Source of the DNA: Candidatus Poseidoniales archaeon
GTDB taxonomy: Archaea; Thermoplasmatota; Poseidoniia; Poseidoniales; Thalassarchaeaceae
Assembly: GCA_028821815.1 (NCBI GenBank)
Contig: JAPKEY010000001.1
Coordinates: 1 to 32,984 of the forward strand
DNA length: 32,984 nucleotides
Reading direction: 5' to 3'
Made by a program: the position numbers and the translations under genes. Each line of letters starts with the position of its first letter. Within the stretch, counting starts at the first letter, position 1. The notes under the pieces were generated by a model. It was not told the DNA's origin and searched no databases. It saw only the letters and a program-made list of their open reading frames with translations. Below, piece after piece: positions 1-7,200 of the stretch.

Positions 1-277
1 CTTCTTCGGTGAGATATGGTTCGATACCGAACCACAGTGTGCTACCACCTCCTTCCTCTTGCGTGGGCCGATATACATGAGCGAATAGAGGTCCGCGAAG
101 ATGGTAAATCAGATTGAGTGGCTCCATTTTAGAAGCGGCGCGATCCAATGGACCGTAATACATTGGACGGGAGCCGTGACGTGATTCAAAATCCTCGACC
201 CATTCACGAACGTGGTCGAACTGAGATAGGACGCCGTCGAGGTCTCCTCGGGCGAATTCGGGTTCTTCGGTTGCCAT
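1..277 (-). CDS. arlI: Archaellum motor/assembly ATPase ArlI (FlaI), N-terminal fragment; the gene runs off the left edge of the window
   Basis: Absent from the ORF track because it has no stop codon in the window. Hand translation of the minus strand from ATG 277-275 is open to position 1: MATEEPEFARGDLDGVLSQFDHVREWVEDFESRHGSRPMYYGPLDRAASKMEPLNLIYHLRGPLFAHVYRPTQEEGGGSTLWFGIEPYLTEE. The h-x-I-EP-x-L-T-E-E segment resembles the conserved N-terminal-domain motif of FlaI/ArlI. The position directly after arlH fits the canonical F-G-H-I-J order. Confidence 0.7.
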   Translation of the reverse strand, partial: MATEEPEFARGDLDGVLSQFDHVREWVEDFESRHGSRPMYYGPLDRAASKMEPLNLIYHLRGPLFAHVYRPTQEEGGGSTLWFGIEPYLTEE

Positions 278-287
278 GATTTATCCC

Positions 288-983
288 TCAACTGACTGCT
301 GTAATATCGACAATGAAACCCATGCCAGGTTCAACCCGCCAACCAATTCTAGGTTGCACCGGACCTGCGGCACGTAGGAAGCGGTTAACCGCTAGAACTC
401 GTGAAAGACTACCTCCGACCTCTGATGTTCGCATCTCGATGGAAACCTCAGCTGAGGCTGATAGAGTTCGCATCATTTCGTCTGAAATTTCATCCGGATC
501 TAGTAACAACATGAGTGAGCGCTCTTCTGAACAAAATGTTCGCAGGCGGCTGAGTAGTTGTTCTGGTGTCCCCTCATAGTTCTGAAGGATCATTGATGCT
601 CGATCAATGACTGAAATATCTGCATTCTGCAATGCCTCAGATGACAAGACATCCTCGATGTCAACGCTTTCTTCAACTTCATCAGATACAACTCCAAAGC
701 GAGACAATAGGGTGAATGTGCCTGAATTGGCAGCATCCTCCAATGGGTAACCTAGGCTGTTCACTTGCTCCAACCAACCCCGTGTTGTGAGTTCGGTTGT
801 AACCACAGTTGTTCGGACACCGTTTGAAACCAAACCATAGGCCAATCGTTGAGAAATCAAACTCTTTCCCGCACCAATATTGCCGGTTACAATGTAGAGC
901 GCCCTTCGGGGGAGGAAGCGCCCTAAGCTATCGGACAGACTGTCCGTCTCTAATTCGAAAGCAAACCCAATATCATCAGACAA
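288..983 (-). CDS. arlH: Archaellum KaiC/RecA-like ATP-binding protein ArlH (FlaH)
   Basis: 231 aa. Walker A GNIGAGKS is preceded by SLSDSLGRFLPRRALYIVTG, the layout seen in FlaH. The start is TTG and overlaps the arlG stop by 8 nt. It lies between arlG and arlI. Confidence 0.8.
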   Translation of the reverse strand: MSDDIGFAFELETDSLSDSLGRFLPRRALYIVTGNIGAGKSLISQRLAYGLVSNGVRTTVVTTELTTRGWLEQVNSLGYPLEDAANSGTFTLLSRFGVVSDEVEESVDIEDVLSSEALQNADISVIDRASMILQNYEGTPEQLLSRLRTFCSEERSLMLLLDPDEISDEMMRTLSASAEVSIEMRTSEVGGSLSRVLAVNRFLRAAGPVQPRIGWRVEPGMGFIVDITAVS

Positions 984-1464
984 GACGGATCACCTCGCTG
1001 AATGAATATTGGCCAGAGATGCCTTGATAGTGCTCGCTGCGCACAACAATGGTCACGGTAATTTCCTGTCCTGCTGACATCGTCACTCCCGAAGGACAAA
1101 CCTGTAATTCGGCCACTTCTCCTGAAGTCCAGACAGAACTATTTCCGAGCAATCGTGTTTGATTTACTGTTGATGCTGTGCCATTCACGATAATGCCGAT
1201 TTCGCCATCCAACAGTTCAAGGGCACCTGTATTTTGAATGTGCAAAGAGAGATTACAAGATGGTTGGTCCCAAGAAACTTGCATTGGATCACTGGTCAAC
1301 GCGGCTTTGGTTTTCGAATTGGCTTCGGCCTGATTTTGAACTGTATCCACAGAATTGGCCAATCCCCCCCATGATGCAATCAGTAAGGTAGTGACGATGC
1401 CTGCGACCATTAAGCCGGAAATCAGCATAATCAATTCACTTGTACCACCGTCTGCCATAGCCAC
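976..1464 (-). CDS. arlG: Archaellum accessory protein ArlG (FlaG-like), with an archaellin-like N-terminal hydrophobic helix
   Basis: 162 aa. The N-terminus GGTSELIMLISGLMVAGIVTTLLIA is typical of the FlaF/FlaG family, followed by a beta-rich C-terminal part. The start is GTG at 1464 (an ATG alternative is at 1458), 4 nt after the arlF stop. Assignment as G rather than F rests on gene order only. Confidence 0.7.
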   Translation of the reverse strand: MAMADGGTSELIMLISGLMVAGIVTTLLIASWGGLANSVDTVQNQAEANSKTKAALTSDPMQVSWDQPSCNLSLHIQNTGALELLDGEIGIIVNGTASTVNQTRLLGNSSVWTSGEVAELQVCPSGVTMSAGQEITVTIVVRSEHYQGISGQYSFSEVIRLV

Positions 1465-1467
1465 ACC

Positions 1468-1869
1468 TCATGAAAACGATATTCCTGATTGGCCGCCCAT
1501 GCTTGCGACAAAGATGCGTGCAGGAGATGTGAAACCTGTACCACTCAACTGTATATGCAATGTTTCCCCTGGGAAGAGAATGGTGCTCTGGTTATGGTAG
1601 TCACTCGCTCTAATTGGCAAAGCGCCATCAATGCTGAGCCATGTTTGATCGAAAGATATGGTTTCATCTCCTGCATTGGTCATATTGAGGTGAATTACGC
1701 CATTTGATTCTGAGGCGTTGATGAGGCGAATCTCAGGTTCGTCTGTTGCACCCCCTACGACTTCTGAAGCTGAAAGAGCACTGTTACTAAGTGACAATGA
1801 GGCAAGAGCGAATATGCCAAGAAGTGCTGTTCCGACAATCAAAGCTGAGATGCTTACTGAGCCGCCCAC
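1468..1869 (-). CDS. arlF: Archaellum accessory protein ArlF (FlaF-like)
   Basis: 133 aa. N-terminal hydrophobic helix SISALIVGTALLGIFALASLSL followed by a beta-rich domain. GTG start 4 nt after the upstream stop. Position is between the archaellin region and arlG. Confidence 0.65.
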   Translation of the reverse strand: MGGSVSISALIVGTALLGIFALASLSLSNSALSASEVVGGATDEPEIRLINASESNGVIHLNMTNAGDETISFDQTWLSIDGALPIRASDYHNQSTILFPGETLHIQLSGTGFTSPARIFVASMGGQSGISFS

Positions 1870-1872
1870 ATC

Positions 1873-2697
1873 TCAGGCCCCCTCTCCAGAGGTGGCCCGG
1901 GAATTTCGCCATGCTTCTACCATCGAGCCGAACATCAGTAGTGTACGATGTGGTAAGTGTTCTGAGCCATCGTTATTGATTGCAGGATTGGCTAAACCAA
2001 TGATGGCAGTTAACTCAGTAGATTCATCCTTAGAAATCATCCCACTGGCCTTGGCTTTATCGATAAAAATCCCAGCAGATTCTGCCGAAAGATGATCGAG
2101 TAATAATGCTGAAATCTCACTCACTGTCACCGGGGGGCCTTGAGAACGAGAATCTGGGCGCCGATTTAGGAATGGATTGAGGTCTGCAACACTCCCTTCA
2201 TACAAATCAAGTAAATTGACAGTCTCACCTTCAGGTGATTCTGAATCTTCTACATCTTCTGAAGTTTCGCCTTCCTGTTCTCCTTCGTCACCATCACCAT
2301 CGACAGTCACTAGGGTGTCCGTTGACAATACGTGGGGAAAATTGTCTGATACATTCAACTGTGTTAGGCGGGCATCCATGATGCCCATGGTCGCTTCAAT
2401 ACGATCAAATCGGTCATCCAATCTTTGCTCAATCGCTTTCGTGTCTATTGTTGAAGAATCTGAGGGCGTAGGTTTACCCTCAACAATTGCGGGTTCAAAT
2501 CCGCTGGCGCCAACGCGAGCCCTGGCGGGGGATGGGGCGAGTGTCCAAGCATCCTCTTCGATCGGGATTGACTCCTCTGGGACCATCACAGCCTCAACGG
2601 CTTGCTCGGATAATGATTCTAAACGCTTCACTGAGGCTTCATCGACGTCGTCGTATTCGTCGTCCGAACTGAACCCGAGAAATGACAGTAATCCCAT
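1873..2697 (-). CDS. Highly acidic hypothetical protein occupying the ArlC/D/E slot of the archaellum operon
   Basis: About 274 aa from ATG 2697 (the track's 2703 start is a TTG). It is rich in D/E (SSDDEYDDVDE, GDGDEGEQEGETSEDVEDSESPEGE) and has no TM segment or signal peptide. I could not recognise the conserved FlaD/E C-terminal signature by eye, so only the position supports an ArlCDE-like role. Confidence 0.6.
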   Translation of the reverse strand: MGLLSFLGFSSDDEYDDVDEASVKRLESLSEQAVEAVMVPEESIPIEEDAWTLAPSPARARVGASGFEPAIVEGKPTPSDSSTIDTKAIEQRLDDRFDRIEATMGIMDARLTQLNVSDNFPHVLSTDTLVTVDGDGDEGEQEGETSEDVEDSESPEGETVNLLDLYEGSVADLNPFLNRRPDSRSQGPPVTVSEISALLLDHLSAESAGIFIDKAKASGMISKDESTELTAIIGLANPAINNDGSEHLPHRTLLMFGSMVEAWRNSRATSGEGA

Positions 2698-2716
2698 TGA
2701 CAAAACCCCATGATGT

Positions 2717-2741
2717 CCTCTGCCCCCTACGGGGGCAGAGG
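2717..2741 (-). terminator. Perfect 11-bp stem / 3-nt loop hairpin between arlB and the accessory genes (putative attenuator/terminator)
   Basis: The plus strand reads CCTCTGCCCCC-TAC-GGGGGCAGAGG. It lies in the 57-nt gap between the arlB stop (2755) and the next ATG (2697). On the transcribed strand it is followed by ...GGGGTTTTG. Confidence 0.6.
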
Positions 2742-2754
2742 GGTTATCATAGTA

Positions 2755-3333
2755 TCATACGATGGTATCGCCATTGCCTACACTGTTGTAGTGTAGTTGG
2801 GCGTAAGTTTCGCCACCACCGTCGATGATTACACGGAGTTCTTGTTCATCACCAACACCGGGTTGACAGTTTGTCGAGGTGTCAATTGGAACCAGGAATG
2901 TTTCACCGGCCTCGACTGACGAACCGGCTACAAGGAGATTTCCTGACAAGTCTGTTGCAACACCGTCAAAGTCAGCTGTATTGACCTCGGCTGTACCTGC
3001 ACCACCATCACAAACAATGAACCAATCCATGTTGTCCAATAAGGTGGTATCTGAACCGGCACTGAGTTGAACGATCAGTGTGATTTCATCTGCTGCATTT
3101 CCGGCTGCGTTATCGTCACTAACATACGCGCCAACCAGTTGAATTTTTCCACTGATTTCATCACGTGTATCATCACCGGTTGCTTCAGCTCTCTGTTGAA
3201 GTTCTTCGGCTGTCTTGATGATGATTGTTGATGCTACTGCTGCGACCAAAATCAATGCAATGAAGATAATCATTGCACCGATGCCGATGGCACCGCTCTC
3301 ATTCTCGTTTAGGTATCGGTTATCTCGGGACAT
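2755..3333 (-). CDS. arlB: Archaellin (major archaellum filament protein, FlaB/ArlB)
   Basis: 192 aa. Class III (type IV pilin-like) signal peptide and hydrophobic helix: MSRDNRYLNENESG|AIGIGAMIIFIALILVAAVASTIIIKTAEELQQRAE, which is the canonical archaellin N-terminus. It is the first gene of the arl operon. Confidence 0.9.
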   Translation of the reverse strand: MSRDNRYLNENESGAIGIGAMIIFIALILVAAVASTIIIKTAEELQQRAEATGDDTRDEISGKIQLVGAYVSDDNAAGNAADEITLIVQLSAGSDTTLLDNMDWFIVCDGGAGTAEVNTADFDGVATDLSGNLLVAGSSVEAGETFLVPIDTSTNCQPGVGDEQELRVIIDGGGETYAQLHYNSVGNGDTIV

Positions 3334-3344
3334 TTGTTCACGTT

Positions 3345-3400
3345 CCTGTGGTTTATTTTTAGTCGAGAAGGTATTTTATTGTACTCCATGTTTATACTCA
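3345..3400 (-). promoter_or_regulatory. Putative arlB promoter region (AT-rich TATA-like boxes)
   Basis: The 80-nt gap upstream of arlB has three AT-rich boxes on the minus strand: TAAAAATAAAC (3351-3361), CAATAAAATAC (3371-3381) and GTATAAAC (3390-3397). The proximal box is about 23-26 nt from the ATG, which fits a leaderless or very short-leader mRNA. No experimental support. Confidence 0.35.
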
Positions 3401-3413
3401 GGGTCCCATGGGG

Positions 3414-4277
3414 TTATTTGGCCAAATCAAGGTAAATAGTGACAAATTCGACCTGGTTTGGCTCAAGTGTTCTGATGAATGGCCATGAATTGGTTTTCCA
3501 CCCTGGTGGGATCCATGGCGTCACCAAAACATCCGTCATTGTTTCTGCAGTTTTATTCTCTACGCGGCAATCGATTGTGAGTCCTTGCTGAGTCAAATTG
3601 TAACCCGATTGGATTGATAGACGTTCTTGCAAACTTCCCGGGGCGCCTACCTCTCGAATGGCAGCCATGGCTGATGGTGTAATGTTGAAGAGAAGGTCGC
3701 ATGATTCTCCGGGATTGAGGGCTATAATTGCCAGCGATGGGGGGGATGATCGCCAATTCGGGGGAACAGGGGCTTTGACGTTGAATCCAGGGAGTAAGCC
3801 TGAACTTGTGTTCTCTACCCTGACCAGGAGTTGTCCATTGTCAGAACCGATGTCCCAACGGGCTTCAACACCCATCCAAAATTCATAGAAAATAAATGGG
3901 TTCAGCGCGGCACTGTTAATGAGTAAATGTTCTACCAGCCTTTCCAATTGCAGAGATGATTCATCGAAAGCACCTCGCAAAATGAGAGTTTCAGCTGTCT
4001 TCATTGTCAGCAACACATCAACAAGTTCGTTTTCAGTTGTTGATCTCTCTCTGATAATAGTGTGCAACATGCCGATTGAACGATGCATTCGGCCAACTTG
4101 AATCTTAAGTTCGTCAATGTCTTGGCGTGCTTGACGAATGCTTCTACGGGCATCTCTTGCATGTTTGTCTGTTACTGATTCCTGAATCAAGCGAATATGT
4201 TCGTCAAGAATTAAATTGAGGCGTGTGACTTGAGCCCGATAGGAGCTTTGAGTTGAAATTGTAGTTAATTCAGACAT
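3414..4277 (-). CDS. Hypothetical protein: N-terminal coiled coil plus two CARDB/NEW3-like beta-sandwich modules, no signal peptide
   Basis: 287 aa. Its ATG (4277) overlaps the stop of the upstream 1567-aa gene by 8 nt. The N-terminal ~120 aa are heptad-rich and charged. The C-terminal half contains VENTSSGLLPGFNVKAPVPPNWRSS and VENKTAETMTDVLVTPWIPPGWKTNS, the same h-x-N ... P-x-G-W motif that repeats in the neighbouring giant protein. Confidence 0.8.
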   Translation of the reverse strand: MSELTTISTQSSYRAQVTRLNLILDEHIRLIQESVTDKHARDARRSIRQARQDIDELKIQVGRMHRSIGMLHTIIRERSTTENELVDVLLTMKTAETLILRGAFDESSLQLERLVEHLLINSAALNPFIFYEFWMGVEARWDIGSDNGQLLVRVENTSSGLLPGFNVKAPVPPNWRSSPPSLAIIALNPGESCDLLFNITPSAMAAIREVGAPGSLQERLSIQSGYNLTQQGLTIDCRVENKTAETMTDVLVTPWIPPGWKTNSWPFIRTLEPNQVEFVTIYLDLAK

Positions 4278-7200
4278 TGGAATCTACCTCTACGCTTACG
4301 TCGTGTGCCTCGCCCCATCTCTGTCCAATCGTAATCCTGCGCAAATCTGCTGATGGGTTGCCCAATTGAATGAGCAATTCTTGGGATTCGATTTCCATCG
4401 CTGCCAGCTGATTGAAAATAAGGAGCCAGATATTTCTCGTTCGAAGAGTCATGTACACGACCAGAAGGATCCCTATAGTTGCATACAAGAGAATGGAACT
4501 GATATTCGCTAGTGACCATGAAATATCGTTTGGCATCACGATTGCAACAATAATGAAGCCCAACGGGGCGAAAGCCAATTTCATTGCGAGTTGCTTTAGA
4601 ACTCGATCCATCTCAACTTCATGATCCTCAAAGATTGAGTCGGACCCCCGTTGCATATTTTGCCGATCAGAAAGAATGGCGGGGATCTCAAACGCAGATG
4701 ACCGTGATGTAATGAAAACGACCCACAACAATGCTGTAGCTGCCAACGAGAAATTCACGTATGCGCCGAGATTGTATTGTGTGGCCAAACCCAACAATGC
4801 TGTTCCCGAATACGCACATAACATGAGGGCTCTTTCATCTTCAGAGGCTCTACGTAACAGGCGACTGGACTGTGTCACTAAAACAAGAGTGATGGGGATG
4901 AGGAGGAGGAGGGGTAGTGACCATGATTGGACGTCGAACGATACGGCCTTGACGTCGTTTGATTCGTCATCGCCTGCCATTTCTGGCGATTCTATGGTAA
5001 CTGTACACGGCACCGTCTCAGCGGAAACCCACCAGTTGAGGGCGTCGGATTTGATTTGCCATTCTAATTCCCTTGTCTCAAATGGTTGCATGCTGATGAT
5101 TGCTTGTGTTGCTTCATCTTGAATCGTGATCCCGGGTTCACAATCCAATGTCGCAACGATTCCAAGAGCCGTTCCTGCATTTCCGGTGTTTGTTATTTCA
5201 GCAACCAGTGTTCCTGATTTTGATTCAATAAATTCTGAACCCTCTTCAATCTTAATTGCAACAACGGAAGGGTCAGCCCATGCATCCACTTGGAAGTCAA
5301 ATATTACCTGGGTGCTGGTAAATTCTTCTGGGTGTGTCAAATTGAAAATGAGGGTCCATCCATCCCCAGGGGGTATACTAGTTGCAGGAGGTAAAATTGC
5401 TCGGATTGTTATTGATTGTAATTGCATAGGAGTTGCGGGGAGTAGGGTAAATGGGCTATTGGAAAGGGAAGTAAATCCGCCCCCATAGTCTATTTCAAAT
5501 GACCAATTGACATCCCCTGAATACAATGTTTCATTGATATAGCGACTGGCATTTTCCAATTCTAATTCATAGGCGATCGCGCGTAAATCTGCTGTTTGTC
5601 CAACGGCTGGAACGTGCATCCAATCCAAATCGATATCTTGTGTTTGCTCCCCTCCTAGGAGTTCTATGGAGTCATCTGAATGCATTCTGCTGATGCGTAA
5701 CACTGTTGCAAGAAGTGCATCTCCAGAGTGATTATCTTGGGGTGAAAATGTCAATCGCAATCCAGATTGCTCAAGATTGTAGTGATCTGATGCAATGCCT
5801 TCAACGCTAAAGGATACGGCGCGCTTGTCCCCACTAGAGAGTGTGATATTGGTGGCGTCGCAATCGGATAGATCCCATCGTGTTGGAGTATCTACTTCAC
5901 AATCTAAATCGAGAATGACATCTTGATTACCATCATTTGAGATTTCGATTTCAAATGTTCTCAATTCACCTGGCAGTAAATCAACGACGTCGGGGAAATC
6001 ATCTGATGAAAGGACGAAGATGGGTTCGACGTTGAATTGTATCGAGGATAGGCCCACTTGTATCGAGTCGCTGACATTGGTTGCCATTAGCATGAGATTG
6101 TGGATTGAACCCGGGTCAAGGTTCGCACCATTTGACATGGGTGGAACCGTGACATCGATGATTAGTGGCAAGACTTCAATGCCTTCACCGTCAATTGTCA
6201 TATTCAATGGTGTAACGGATGATTGCCAGCCTGTAGGGGGGAGTGTTGTGAAATTAACAAACTCCTCAAGATTGCCAACATTGGTCACATTAACTGGAAT
6301 ACTGAGGCTCATTCCTGGTACAACAGAATATTCGCTGGTATGTTCAAATTCAATCTGGTGATTGGCAATCATTTTCACATATACATCGATGCGATTAAGT
6401 TCGATCCCGTTGTGATACAATACCACTTGAGCGCTATGATTTTCATCGGCGCGTGCAAATTGCTCTGCGGTAACTTCGATTTGAACTATACTGACTTCGC
6501 CCGGTTGAATGTCGATGTCGGTGGCGGAAATTAATGTCAAGTTGATATCATCGAGTGATTCCTCGATTGATATCGTAAATGTCTGCAGAGAATTACCAGT
6601 ATTATTGGCTTCAAGGGCAATCGATGAGTTGCCGTTAACTGGAATTACTGCAACCGCATATTCTGGAGTGAGTGATGCTCCGATGACTTCCTCTACAAGG
6701 AAAGGAATCGATGCCACTGTCAGAATTTCTCCAGAGTCACTCATCACTGTGACATTTACTTCGAAGGGTGTGTCTGCCCGGGTGTTAGGGGGCGCTGTTA
6801 CACTGAGTGATGTGGTCACGTTGTCCCCTCCAACTGAAGGCCATGCATCTATGATTGAATGGAGATTGGAGATTGCTGTTGGAGATATGGTGGTAATCCA
6901 GCCTTCAGGCCCATCGGCACTCAATGTGAAATTTGTTTGGTGATTACCTGTATTGGAGATTGTGAGGGGGATGGTTGAAAGTATCTCGGGAGTTACAATC
7001 GTTGGAGGTGGGATTTCAACGTCAGTGAGGGTCAGTTCTGGGATCTCAAGTGTGATGCTAATGTTTGACTCAGGTGCCTGGATACCACTCAGTGCCCCAG
7101 ACAAGGTAAGGTTTGCAATCACATCGATCGAGAGGGTGCCTGCAAGGGGTAGTAAATCAGAAGGGCCGAGAATTGAAGCTACAAGTGATTTTGTTTCCCC

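Noticed and set aside
109-291. 60-aa minus-strand ORF in the track at the left edge
   Set aside because: It is in a different frame from, and fully overlaps, the open ArlI N-terminal reading frame (1-277). That frame has a recognisable FlaI motif and the expected operon position. The 60-aa product has no recognisable features.
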